Source: an uncultured Gammaproteobacteria bacterium
Lineage (GTDB): Bacteria > Patescibacteriota > Microgenomatia > Levybacterales > UBA12049
Length of the DNA stretch: 64,000 nt
NCBI GenBank assembly: GCA_964490105.1
Contig: CAZAZU010000003.1
Coordinates: 245 to 64,244, forward strand
Direction: 5' to 3'
How positions within the stretch are numbered: the first letter of the stretch is position 1; every line of letters starts with the position of its first letter. Both the position numbers and the translations under genes were made by a program. This document shows, piece after piece, positions 27,351 through 36,613 of the stretch. The notes beneath the pieces are model-generated. The model saw nothing but the letters and a program-made list of their open reading frames with translations, searched no databases and had not been told where the DNA came from.

Positions 27351-27737
27351 TGGAGATGTCGGGAAGTGATCCCGAGTGCAAGAAATGCAAATTAAAATGT
27401 CTACAAGCTTAGTTGATTATTATTTTGATCACTCTATCCTTTGAAAATCAACATTCATAAATAGAGCCGAGGTTATAATTACAATAAAGAGCTAACCAGC
27501 TTCTTTACAGTTTTCTTGGCTGATTTATGCTCAAAATATCTCACCAAGAGAAGATATAGTGAACAGCTCTAAAGCTTAAGCGTATGCTAAAGCTGGTTGA
27601 GCACTAGAAGGAGAGAAAGCTCTCCCTATAGCGTTAAATGTTTTTGAAACATTTATATTTGATCAAATTTTACGTCTTTTAATCGTGGACGGCTTGCAAT
27701 TATTAATGTACTGATCTTGTCGATGCAATGCATCCCC
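27351..27737 (-). ncRNA. ssrA: tmRNA (ssrA), absent from the ORF track
   Basis: Minus-strand 5' end GGGGATGCATTGCATCGACAAGATC matches the tmRNA 5' consensus GGGGnnGnnnnGnnTCGAC. 3' end ...TCGGGATCACTTCCCGACATCTCCA forms a T-arm plus acceptor. G3:U70 pair. Lies 41 nt downstream of smpB and is followed by a terminator. Confidence 0.7.
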
Positions 27738-27777
27738 AAGGAACGAATAATAGCAAATTTAGCCTCAATTGTCAAGT

Positions 27778-28230
27778 TTACGAGGCTAGCTCCTGCTCAA
27801 TTTCGCGGTCTAAATCTGCTTTTTTCTTAGCCGTTTTTTTATCAAATTTCTTCTTTCCTTTTCCTACTCCAACTTCTAGTTTTATTAATCCATGTTTTTC
27901 ATAAAATGAAATCGGAACAAGGGTTAAATTTGCGCCATCCGTCTTGTGTTTGAGGCTAATTATCTCGCTTTTATGAAGAAGTAGCTTTCGGGTTCTAGAT
28001 TCGTCATACCCTTCTGGCCTTGCGTATTCATATGGGAATATTTTTGCATTTACTAAATATGCTTCTGAGCCCATAATTCTGACATAGCTTCCAGTTAGAT
28101 CTGCATGTTCCATTTTAATCGCTTTAACCTCAGCTCCATTTAGGTTTATTCCAGCCTCAAATCTTTCAGAAATAAGATAGTCGTAAAAAGCCCTTTTATT
28201 GGTGATTTTCATATGGAAATAATACGCCAA
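27778..28230 (-). CDS. smpB: SsrA-binding protein SmpB
   Basis: KITNKRAFYDYLISERFEAGINLNGAEVKAIK matches the SmpB N-terminal consensus (NRKA.HDY.IEE..EAGI.L.G.EVKS.R). Confidence 0.85.
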   Translation of the reverse strand: MAYYFHMKITNKRAFYDYLISERFEAGINLNGAEVKAIKMEHADLTGSYVRIMGSEAYLVNAKIFPYEYARPEGYDESRTRKLLLHKSEIISLKHKTDGANLTLVPISFYEKHGLIKLEVGVGKGKKKFDKKTAKKKADLDREIEQELAS

Positions 28231-28248
28231 AAGAGAGGAATTGTAAAT

Positions 28249-30183
28249 TTAGTTTATGTCGATTTTATAGACTTTACTATTTGAGAGAACAAAGATTGCG
28301 TTATCAGCCTCATTAACGTCAATGTCTGTTGCGCTTTTTAATACACTTGCCTGATAAGACTTAATGAATTTTCCTTCTTTATCCAGGACTACAATTCTAG
28401 AGTTTCCGTTGTCTAAAACATAAATATTGTCGAAATCTTCACCTGTAATAATTCGGGTGGGGGAGGACATTTCTTTGTCAATTCCGCTTACTTCAAAATC
28501 ATCTTCAGCGCCTCTTGTGTACTTATTGATTGAACCGTTATTAAATAGTACATAGATTGACCCATCAATCGCCAAGCTAGTAGCATCTGAGAGGTCTACT
28601 TCTTCTGTCAGATAATCGCTTTCTGTGTAATCGTCTTTGCCTGGTACAAATTTAGAAATTCCAGCTTCTTTATCCAAAACGTAAATATTAGATCCGAATA
28701 CTCCAATTCCCGAAGCTGTTTCCCAGCTTTTATCAAATAAAGATTCCTTAGAATCATTCCCTTTATCAACTGAATTAGCTCCTTTGTCATCTAAGAAATA
28801 AACGAAGTCCTCATTTTGAGTAAAATGAGTTGCATCTGGATTGTCTATCTCTATAGAAAGAAGTTTGCTTTCTGATTTATCAACTTCAGCCGCCGATATT
28901 CCACCTTGTCCGTCGCCGGTAATTTCGTTATTTACTTTGGTTAAAAGTTCTTCGATTTGATTGTCTTCATCAGACCCTTCTTTGAATGTGTCTTTATTTT
29001 TATCTAATAAGTTTTTGGCTGTCCTAAAACTTTCTTGAGCGAGCGATGCATTTAGGTCTTTTAGATTCAGCCCTTCATCGTATTTTTCCTGTGCTTCGTT
29101 AAATATTCCTGCAAATTTTTCTTGGGAGCCTTGGTTTTGTCTATTTATGAGCGCAAGGGCTCCGCTAATTACAATTACTGCAATTAAAACAATTGCAATT
29201 GTTAATATGATTTTTCTTGAATGCCCCAAATTTCCTGGTAATTTTTTAAGAAATCCTAAGCTAAAACCCATGGACATCTTTCTTCTTCTCGTTGGAATTT
29301 GATCTGCTAAGAAGGGGGAAGGGGTTTCAGCAGGCGCAGGCTGTTCAGGGATTGGTTGGTTAGATCCAATTAATGTTTCTGTTGATTCGTTAAATCCTGT
29401 TTCTGACTTTTCTAGATTTTCGGTTGGTTGTTCAATTGCTTCTTCATCGCTTTTTTCTAAGTTTTGCTCATCAGTTTCTACATCTGAATCCCTCTCGATA
29501 TCCTCTTCAGTAGCTGCTTCAGTGTGAGCTTCAGATTCTGATTCATCCACTGGAAGCGCAGCTTGGGATAGTTCTTGAGCGTTTAACTTTTTATATAGAA
29601 GAATTACGGCTGAAGCAGCGCCTTCTGTTTTTTCATGAAGATGGGGTGCGAGGTTTTCGGAGATTTCATCTGGAGTATTATTGTCCAGTGCTGAAGCGAG
29701 AGTTGCAGACTGTATAACTTTTGTAAATGATTTAGTCTGCAAGACTATAATGTCACCTTCCTGAACGTAACCAGACGCTGATTTAATAGCAAGTTCTTCG
29801 CTTGCTTCAAGAACTGTTCCGATTTTTTCTCCTCTTTTGAGAATTGCTTTTCCGCCTCCTGTTGCAAATAGATAAAGAACGTTTTCGTTTAAATAGCAGA
29901 TTACAAATGAAAGCTTTATCCCTGTTTTTACCCTTTCTGCCGTAGTATTTACAGCCTGTTTGATTGACTCTAAATCTTTATTTTCTAGAGTAAAAAATTC
30001 ACTTTCTAAAGTAGAAATTAGATCTTTACCTAATGAGTTTAAGTGTTCTTCGCCTTCCTGGGGAGTAGTATCGGTCTGGAGGGACAATGCAGCAAAGAGT
30101 CGGCCTGCGCTATATGCCTGAGACCAAGCCGTAGGCGTAGGTGTTGCTACTACTTTACTAAATGCTAGATTTGTTTCTGCCAT
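28249..30183 (-). CDS. Membrane protein: N-terminal cytoplasmic domain, single TM, coiled coil, C-terminal beta-propeller-like repeats
   Basis: TM helice IILTIAIVLIAVIVISGALALI. C-terminal repeated IYVLD/IFVL blocks. Acidic low-complexity linker. Confidence 0.4.
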   Translation of the reverse strand: MAETNLAFSKVVATPTPTAWSQAYSAGRLFAALSLQTDTTPQEGEEHLNSLGKDLISTLESEFFTLENKDLESIKQAVNTTAERVKTGIKLSFVICYLNENVLYLFATGGGKAILKRGEKIGTVLEASEELAIKSASGYVQEGDIIVLQTKSFTKVIQSATLASALDNNTPDEISENLAPHLHEKTEGAASAVILLYKKLNAQELSQAALPVDESESEAHTEAATEEDIERDSDVETDEQNLEKSDEEAIEQPTENLEKSETGFNESTETLIGSNQPIPEQPAPAETPSPFLADQIPTRRRKMSMGFSLGFLKKLPGNLGHSRKIILTIAIVLIAVIVISGALALINRQNQGSQEKFAGIFNEAQEKYDEGLNLKDLNASLAQESFRTAKNLLDKNKDTFKEGSDEDNQIEELLTKVNNEITGDGQGGISAAEVDKSESKLLSIEIDNPDATHFTQNEDFVYFLDDKGANSVDKGNDSKESLFDKSWETASGIGVFGSNIYVLDKEAGISKFVPGKDDYTESDYLTEEVDLSDATSLAIDGSIYVLFNNGSINKYTRGAEDDFEVSGIDKEMSSPTRIITGEDFDNIYVLDNGNSRIVVLDKEGKFIKSYQASVLKSATDIDVNEADNAIFVLSNSKVYKIDIN

Positions 30184-30237
30184 TTCATCTTTTCCGGCTT
30201 ATTTAGCCGACTCATTTTCTATACGATAATTCCAGTT

Positions 30238-30480
30238 TTATAGAATGATTAGGGCAGCAACAAAAATAATCACTCCTATTATAGCATTTATTATTGCAAT
30301 TGAGTTAAGTAATATTGAACTGGCGCCATCATCGACCACTTTTTGCATTGCTCGAGCCTGTTTATAGACGATTAATAGGAATATTACAGTAATCAGACTT
30401 AATATAAGGAATATAAATTTGAGAATTGTTAAAAATTGAAAAAAGTTAAAAAGTATATCAAGCATGTTTTGTTTTTCCAA
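30238..30480 (-). CDS. Small hypothetical membrane protein (2 TM)
   Basis: 80-aa hydrophobic ORF overlapping the upstream gene by 23 nt. Confidence 0.35.
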   Translation of the reverse strand: MEKQNMLDILFNFFQFLTILKFIFLILSLITVIFLLIVYKQARAMQKVVDDGASSILLNSIAIINAIIGVIIFVAALIIL

Positions 30481-31141
30481 TCAGATTATTTATAGTTTTT
30501 ATTACTTTTTCAGGATGAGGAACAGCTAGGAATTCAAAATTTGACGATGGACCTGCCGTATGAAGATTAACGTCCCCGAAATCAAAAATTGATCTTATTA
30601 TGCCGACCTGTGAATAACCAACATCTTCTACCTGAGAAAGCTTTGTGGCATCAACATTTTCATAAATTAAACTTGAAAAATCAATATCAATAATTCTTTT
30701 ATTGGTAACAACAGAAATGTTGTAAAACCAGCTTAAATATTTAATGAAAACATAGGAAAAAACAATCTGATAGTAAAAGATTGTCGCAAAAATTATGAAA
30801 TTGTAAGGTATAAAAGTAATATCAATGATTCCAAAGGAATTAACATAAAACATGAATGGGAAAACGAGGACTGCGCCAATTGCTCGTATCATCCATGGAA
30901 CGTTAGTCACAAAATGCCTTCTTAAATAAAGGAGTATTTCTTCATCATCCTGTAAGTCAGCGACTCTTACTGCCTGTGGATGATCACAATAAGCTGATAT
31001 TAGATGGCTGTGAATGTGTTTCCCTTTTTGTGGTGTAATGTGTGGTTTTGCTTGGGTGCTCTCTTCCACAGGTTTTGCTTCAGAGGTTTTCTCAGCTTCT
31101 GTATTAGGGTGAGCAGGATTTCCTACAAAAATATCAGGCAT
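30458..31141 (-). CDS. Hypothetical membrane protein
   Basis: 227 aa with multiple TM helices in the central region. Confidence 0.4.
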   Translation of the reverse strand: MPDIFVGNPAHPNTEAEKTSEAKPVEESTQAKPHITPQKGKHIHSHLISAYCDHPQAVRVADLQDDEEILLYLRRHFVTNVPWMIRAIGAVLVFPFMFYVNSFGIIDITFIPYNFIIFATIFYYQIVFSYVFIKYLSWFYNISVVTNKRIIDIDFSSLIYENVDATKLSQVEDVGYSQVGIIRSIFDFGDVNLHTAGPSSNFEFLAVPHPEKVIKTINNLIGKTKHA

Positions 31142-31167
31142 GTTGTGCGGGCGTACTTTATTATACG

Positions 31168-32811
31168 TTACTTTTTTTCAATATTAAAGAATGCAAATCC
31201 AGATTGTGGAATTGACAAATGACCCGGTGCTCTTAAATTAAATGCTCTTTTAAAATCATCACCGGATAGTGAAACACCATTTATTGTAACGTTTGAAGTG
31301 TTTCCGTTTCCCTGGGAAACTGAAACACTTGTAGCCTGACTAATCCCTCCTTGACCAGAAACTAAATTTCTAAGCTCATCCATGCTGTAAGGATTTCCTC
31401 CCCAGCAGTCAGTGGTAACCGGTGTAATTCGGGAAGTGTCAATTCCTGAAGTTCTAAGTGCAATTGCTGCATTAACTATGTCAGCCATTTCTGTGGGGGA
31501 AAGCCATGGATTATTTCTTCCGCATTTTCCAGAAGAAACACTATATCCTTGTGTATACCAGGCTTTATACAGCCATGGTGAGCCTCCTAATTTATCATAA
31601 GCTTTATCTATAAAATTTCCTCCACCCCCACCGTCTGTCGTATCCCAGCCGCGGGTCGTTGTAAATCCTCCATGAGTAGATGCATAGTATGTAACGACAC
31701 CTTCGATAACCTGACCGCGTGTCGATTGAACTGCTTGTCGCCATGCCTCGGGCGGATTTGAAGCTTTGCCGTCATTATAAACCTGGCATGCTTCAGTAGT
31801 GCAGATCTCTTTTCCCTCGCTTTTATATCTATATGCATAAGTTCTTGCTGCAATTGCTTGAGCCTTTAAAGCTTCAGGGTGCCAGGTGGAAGGCATTTCA
31901 GCAATTCCCATTAAGTATCTTTCCTCAAAGTTCATGCTGCCAAACCCCGCCACCTGAATATCTCCGCCTGTGTCTTTACCAACGGGTTCTTTTCCATAAT
32001 ATGCGTTAAGAATTTGATTTACGCTTTGTCCGCTTTGCGCTCTGCCCCGAGCTCCATACTGACTCATTCCTTTTCTGTGAGTGTGAGCTCCAAATGAAAA
32101 CACTGCGAAATATCCGGAAGGAGCAGCTTCTCTAAATCCAACAATTGACGCGTTATAATCATCAGCTAAATTGCTATCCCCAATGGTGGCTGTAAAAGTT
32201 CCGGATCTTGCATTAATGATTTCCTGCTGTTTTGCAGATAATGCCGCAATTTGTCCGGTTAAATTGGACTGGTAGGTTTTTGCTTCGCCGATTATTTTAT
32301 CTAGATTAGCTTTTACTGTGGCTAGTTTTATTTTTTCGTTCTCGAGCGCTTCCTTTTTTTCCTCCAAAGTGTTAATTGAGAGTGCAATATTGGTAATAAT
32401 CATTTTATCCTGGTCCGCTGCAGCTTTTTGGTAAGCAAGAATTTGAGTTATTTCAGAAGCTGAATTTGAAGAAAGAAATACGAGTATTGGGGAATTGTAA
32501 TGACTTTTAATATAGTAGTTTCTTATCGCTAGATTTAATTTGTCTGTTTGTTTTTCTAAATCTTTATATCCTTTATCAATATCGTTTCCTTTTTTAACTA
32601 CATCTGCTTCTATAAATGCGACGCGTGATTTAATACTCGCAACTTGTTGTTCTAATGGAGCTGTGGCAGATTTTGAATCATTCAAAGCTTTTGTTAAGTC
32701 TGCAATTTGTTTATTTAAATCATCAAGCTCATCTCCTCTGGCTTTTCCGACACCTAATAGAAGAGAAGATAGGATAAGAAATAAGAAAACTAAAAAAGAA
32801 AATTTGGGCAT
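31168..32811 (-). CDS. SpoIID/LytB-domain protein with N-terminal signal/anchor and coiled coil
   Basis: AHTHRKGMSQYGARGRAQSGQSVNQILNAYYG...EMPSTWHPEALKAQAIAARTYAY matches the SpoIID consensus (GMSQYGA...EALKAQAVAARTYA). Confidence 0.8.
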   Translation of the reverse strand: MPKFSFLVFLFLILSSLLLGVGKARGDELDDLNKQIADLTKALNDSKSATAPLEQQVASIKSRVAFIEADVVKKGNDIDKGYKDLEKQTDKLNLAIRNYYIKSHYNSPILVFLSSNSASEITQILAYQKAAADQDKMIITNIALSINTLEEKKEALENEKIKLATVKANLDKIIGEAKTYQSNLTGQIAALSAKQQEIINARSGTFTATIGDSNLADDYNASIVGFREAAPSGYFAVFSFGAHTHRKGMSQYGARGRAQSGQSVNQILNAYYGKEPVGKDTGGDIQVAGFGSMNFEERYLMGIAEMPSTWHPEALKAQAIAARTYAYRYKSEGKEICTTEACQVYNDGKASNPPEAWRQAVQSTRGQVIEGVVTYYASTHGGFTTTRGWDTTDGGGGGNFIDKAYDKLGGSPWLYKAWYTQGYSVSSGKCGRNNPWLSPTEMADIVNAAIALRTSGIDTSRITPVTTDCWGGNPYSMDELRNLVSGQGGISQATSVSVSQGNGNTSNVTINGVSLSGDDFKRAFNLRAPGHLSIPQSGFAFFNIEKK

Positions 32812-32875
32812 TAGATTATTATATCAAATCAAATGTTGATAGATGGATTTTCTTGTGATATTATGGCACCCTAGT

Positions 32876-33457
32876 ATGGAAGAGATCTCTTATTCAGGAG
32901 CCAATCAGCCTTCAAAAAAAAGAATTTCGAAAAGAGTCGCCCTGTTTGGAATATTCTTCGTAATTATCTTATTGCTCCTTGGAAGTGTCGCTTATTTTGT
33001 AACAAGCGGAAGTGAGCCTGAAGAAGATAGTACGTCGATTACTTTAACTGAGGATTCAGAAGATGAAGTAGCTATGGAAGAAGAGCCAACGGTTACACCT
33101 GAGGAAACAGAAGCACCAACTCCATCAAAAGCACCTACAAAAGCGCCGACTAAAGCAGCAGACGAAGCAGATACTCCTGCAAGTTCGGGTTCAGTTGCAG
33201 TGCAGAATGGTAGCGGAGAATCCGGGGTTGCTGGTGCAGCAGCTGCTGTTATAAAAGAGGCCGGGTTTACGATTGCATCAACGGGAAATGCAGACAACTT
33301 TGATTATACGGATGTAACAATTCAGGTAAAAAACTCAAAGAAAAGTATTTTAGCTGATTTAGAAAAGGCATTATCAGCAGATTACACGATAGGAGACACA
33401 TCAACAGATCTTCCAGAAGCGACATCTTACGACGCTTTGGTTATAATAGGAAAGTAA
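32876..33457 (+). CDS. Membrane-anchored LytR_C-domain protein
   Basis: TM anchor VALFGIFFVIILLLLGSVAYFV. Acidic/Pro-Thr linker. C-terminal VAVQNGSGESGVAGAAAAVIKEAGFTIASTGNADNFDYTDVTIQV fits LytR C-terminal domain architecture. Confidence 0.5.
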   Translation: MEEISYSGANQPSKKRISKRVALFGIFFVIILLLLGSVAYFVTSGSEPEEDSTSITLTEDSEDEVAMEEEPTVTPEETEAPTPSKAPTKAPTKAADEADTPASSGSVAVQNGSGESGVAGAAAAVIKEAGFTIASTGNADNFDYTDVTIQVKNSKKSILADLEKALSADYTIGDTSTDLPEATSYDALVIIGK

Positions 33458-34071
33458 TGATAATTCCGACAATCCTCGAAACACGCTGGGAGGAGATTGA
33501 GAAAAAGTTCGAAATATATAAAGGCTTTGCAAAAGCAGTTCATGTAGATTTTTTAGATGGGAAATTTGAAGAAAATACCACTTTTTTAAATCCAGAACCA
33601 TTTGCTAAATATTCAAAATATTTTGACCTCGAAGCACATTTAATGGTAGAAGAGCCGATTGATTACATTGAAAATTTATCCAAAGCAGGATTCAGGACTT
33701 TTTTAGGGCATATCGAAAAGATGAGTGATCAGGTGGAATTTGTAGCTCGTGGACAGGAGTTGGGCGGAGTAGGTTTGGCACTAGACATTGATACGCCGGT
33801 TTCAAATATTAGAGTTTCTTTTGAAGATTTAGATAGGATTTTACTTATGGCAATTCATGCTGGTGCTTCGGGCAGGCCTTTTGATGAAAAGGTTTATGAA
33901 AAAATAAGTGAGGTTTCAGGCTCCGGTTTTACAAAAATTCAGGTCGATGGGGGGGTAAGTGATCAAACACTGCCAAAATTAAGAGAAAATGGGGCTAGTA
34001 TGTTTTGCGTAAACAGCTTTCTTTTTAAAGGTGACCCGGAGTCACAATTTCGTTTACTTGAGTCGCTTTAA
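33457..34071 (+). CDS. rpe: Ribulose-phosphate 3-epimerase-like (TIM barrel)
   Basis: PTILETRWEEIEKK...VHVDFLDGKF...EAHLMVEEP...LALDIDTP...ILLMAIHAG..G.PF...QVDGGVS aligns with Rpe landmarks (IAPSIL...HVDVMDG.F...HLMV..P...LALNP...VLVMSV.PGFGGQ.F...VDGG). Confidence 0.6.
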   Translation: MIIPTILETRWEEIEKKFEIYKGFAKAVHVDFLDGKFEENTTFLNPEPFAKYSKYFDLEAHLMVEEPIDYIENLSKAGFRTFLGHIEKMSDQVEFVARGQELGGVGLALDIDTPVSNIRVSFEDLDRILLMAIHAGASGRPFDEKVYEKISEVSGSGFTKIQVDGGVSDQTLPKLRENGASMFCVNSFLFKGDPESQFRLLESL

Positions 34072-36509
34072 GGATTTGGTCTTTGTTCATTTAATCCAAT
34101 CGATCTGCATACGCCCCTATTTTCAGTACCCTTTATAAAGTATTCATTTCTTCCTCCGCAAGGTCTTGCTACGATATTTGCAGGAAGAGAATAAATTTCA
34201 TCTTTAGGATTACTATCCTTTAATAAATTATTCATAATTTTATTCCAGATTGGCGCAGCTCCTGTAATACCTGAGGCTAAAAGAGGGTTCATGGGAGTAT
34301 TATCATTATTGCCGACCCATACCGCAGTCAGGACTTTGGGTGTATACCCAATTGTCCAGTTATCTCTTTTGTTATCAGTTGTTCCTGTTTTTACAGATAC
34401 AATGTGTTTTGGAATATTTAGGGGAGAATTCAGTCCAAACCCCATGGAGCGCGCGTTATTATCCGCTAAAATATTTGAAATGATAAATGCAACCTCCTCT
34501 GGCATAGCTCTTTTTTCTTTAATTTCATTTTTTTCCTCTAGTATTGCCCCCTGATAATTTGTAATTTTTAGAATCGGATTTAGTTCAACCTTCTTCCCCT
34601 TATTTGCCAGTGTTCCATAAACAGTAGCCATTTCAGTCATTTTTGCTTCAGCTGCTCCTAATGTAATTGCGAGTCCATAGTTTTCCGGATCCTGCCAGGT
34701 AGAGATGCCCATTTTTTTACCAAGGTTTACCATAGTAGAAACTCCTATTTGATTTAAGGTTTTCACTGCGGGAATGTTTATGGAATTTCCAAGAGCATTT
34801 CTTAAAGTTACATTGCCATGAAACCTTCCGTCATAATTAGCCGGAGAATATGGGGGTGATCCTGGCGATGCAAAAGAGACGGGGGTATCCTGAATAGTTG
34901 TTGCCCCAGTGTATCCATTCATGAGTGCAGCTGAGTACGTAACAACTTTTATGGTTGATCCCGGTTGTCTTAAAGCAGTCGTAACATTATAGTTCCCTCC
35001 ATTTGGATCGTAATAATCTTTGCCCCCAACCATAGCCAGAATATCTCCGTTTGTTGGATTAGTTATTAATGCTCCTGCATTTGTGAAGTTAAGGTATCCT
35101 GCTTTTTCAACTTCGTCAGTAATAATCTTCTGAGCCATGTCCTGAGTTTTTAATTCAAGACTTGTTATGACAGTAAGTCCGCCACGCTCAACAACCGGAA
35201 GTCCGTATCTTTCTATCAAGAGATCTTTTACGTACATTACGAAGTGTGGAGCCTTTATACTATTTTGATTAGGTTTAAATACTAGTTTTTCTTTCTGGGC
35301 TTTTTCTGCTTCCTCTTTTGTTATAAATTTAAGCTCCCTCATTCTAGTAAGCACATCTCTTTGTCTTCCTTTCCAAAGATCGGGAGTTCCGCTATATGGT
35401 GAATAAATCGACGGAGCTTGGGGAAGTCCGGCTAGGAAAGCGCTTTCTGCGAGAGTTAATCGCCTTACATCTTTCCCGAAGTAAGTTTGTGCTGCGGCTT
35501 GTGCGCCCCAGGTAGTTCCTCCATATGGTACTTGATTAAAGTACATTTCTAAAATTTCATCTTTTGTATATATTTGCTCAGCCCAAACGGAAAGAATAAC
35601 TTCTTTAATCTTTCGCTCAATAGTTCTATCCGGAGTAAGAAGCCTTGCTTTTATAAGTTGCTGTGTGATGGTTGAGCCTCCCTGAAGCGGTTTTCCTGTA
35701 AGGTCAGCGTATGCAGATCTTATTATTGCTAAAATATCAAAACCCGGAGTTGAGTAGAAATTTTTATCCTCGATTGCAATTGTTGCATTTTTAAAATCTT
35801 GGGGAATTTCAGACAGGGGTACGTTCGTTCTGTTTTGATTTGCATAAATCTGATAGAGGAGCACTTTATTTCGATCATAAATTTTTGTGGTTTGGGCAAT
35901 TTCCTGATGTGATAATTCCGCAGGATTTGGTAAGTTTTTTATTAATACATAAGAAATTATAGGGAGGAAAATAAACAAAAATGAAAAAAGAGTGCCGATA
36001 AAAGCATACTTAAATCTTGTTTTAAAAGGTAAGGTTACTGGAAGTCTTGGTCTTCCTCTTTTTTTGTGTTTTTTTATGTGAGGTGTATGAAGCTTGGGAG
36101 TATTTATTTTTGGCATTCCTATTTTTGGAAAGCTGATTCTAGGAAGTGAAAATTTAGGAATTTTAATTTCAGGGATAGTAGTTTTCGGGATATGAAATTT
36201 AGGAAAATTGTACTTTGGAATTTTAAACTTAAAGTTTACGCTAGGTAGCTTAAAATCTGGAATATTTATTTTTGGTAATCTAATTTCTGGCTTTTTTATT
36301 TCAGGGATTTTTAGTGAAATATTTTTTTTCCGCGTACTCTCTTGATTGAATATCTCTTTCTCAACATGTTTTTTAGAATTAAGCCGTGGAGTATTTCTGC
36401 TTAATGCTTCAACTAATTTCCAAGGGGAAGAGAATACAAAAATTGTAACATCACCTATAAAAATTAAAATTTTCGCAACAAAAATAATCAAAGATTTTAA
36501 TATATCCAT
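34068..36509 (-). CDS. Class A penicillin-binding protein (transglycosylase plus transpeptidase) with unusual N-terminal xPKx peptide repeats
   Basis: GT51 motifs EDKNFYSTPGFD and GGSTITQQLIK. Transpeptidase STIK. N-terminal tandem IPKF/LPKI repeats encoded at about 36060-36330. Confidence 0.85.
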   Translation of the reverse strand: MDILKSLIIFVAKILIFIGDVTIFVFSSPWKLVEALSRNTPRLNSKKHVEKEIFNQESTRKKNISLKIPEIKKPEIRLPKINIPDFKLPSVNFKFKIPKYNFPKFHIPKTTIPEIKIPKFSLPRISFPKIGMPKINTPKLHTPHIKKHKKRGRPRLPVTLPFKTRFKYAFIGTLFSFLFIFLPIISYVLIKNLPNPAELSHQEIAQTTKIYDRNKVLLYQIYANQNRTNVPLSEIPQDFKNATIAIEDKNFYSTPGFDILAIIRSAYADLTGKPLQGGSTITQQLIKARLLTPDRTIERKIKEVILSVWAEQIYTKDEILEMYFNQVPYGGTTWGAQAAAQTYFGKDVRRLTLAESAFLAGLPQAPSIYSPYSGTPDLWKGRQRDVLTRMRELKFITKEEAEKAQKEKLVFKPNQNSIKAPHFVMYVKDLLIERYGLPVVERGGLTVITSLELKTQDMAQKIITDEVEKAGYLNFTNAGALITNPTNGDILAMVGGKDYYDPNGGNYNVTTALRQPGSTIKVVTYSAALMNGYTGATTIQDTPVSFASPGSPPYSPANYDGRFHGNVTLRNALGNSINIPAVKTLNQIGVSTMVNLGKKMGISTWQDPENYGLAITLGAAEAKMTEMATVYGTLANKGKKVELNPILKITNYQGAILEEKNEIKEKRAMPEEVAFIISNILADNNARSMGFGLNSPLNIPKHIVSVKTGTTDNKRDNWTIGYTPKVLTAVWVGNNDNTPMNPLLASGITGAAPIWNKIMNNLLKDSNPKDEIYSLPANIVARPCGGRNEYFIKGTENRGVCRSIGLNEQRPNP

Positions 36510-36613
36510 AATTTATAAATGAGCAGGAGAGATAAGTACGACTTTTAGCCTCAGAATTTAACTAAGTCCAAGCTGGATTATACAAAATTGAAGGTTTACT
36601 TAAAAGAGGGACT

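Noticed and set aside
26392-27390. Longer 332-aa version of the minus-strand ORF
   Set aside because: The extension would read through the tmRNA terminator hairpin (27319-27348). Start moved to Met at 27310-27312.
31608-31853. Track ORF 31608-31853(-) and other 60-100-aa ORFs antisense within SpoIID, VirB4, the regulator, ftsH and others
   Set aside because: All are embedded in longer conserved frames on the opposite or another frame. No RBS or promoter context.
36060-36330. Possible CRISPR-like or tandem DNA repeat
   Set aside because: The repeats are irregular and degenerate at nucleotide level, in frame within a PBP gene, and lack spacer-like unique inserts. No CRISPR array found anywhere in the window.
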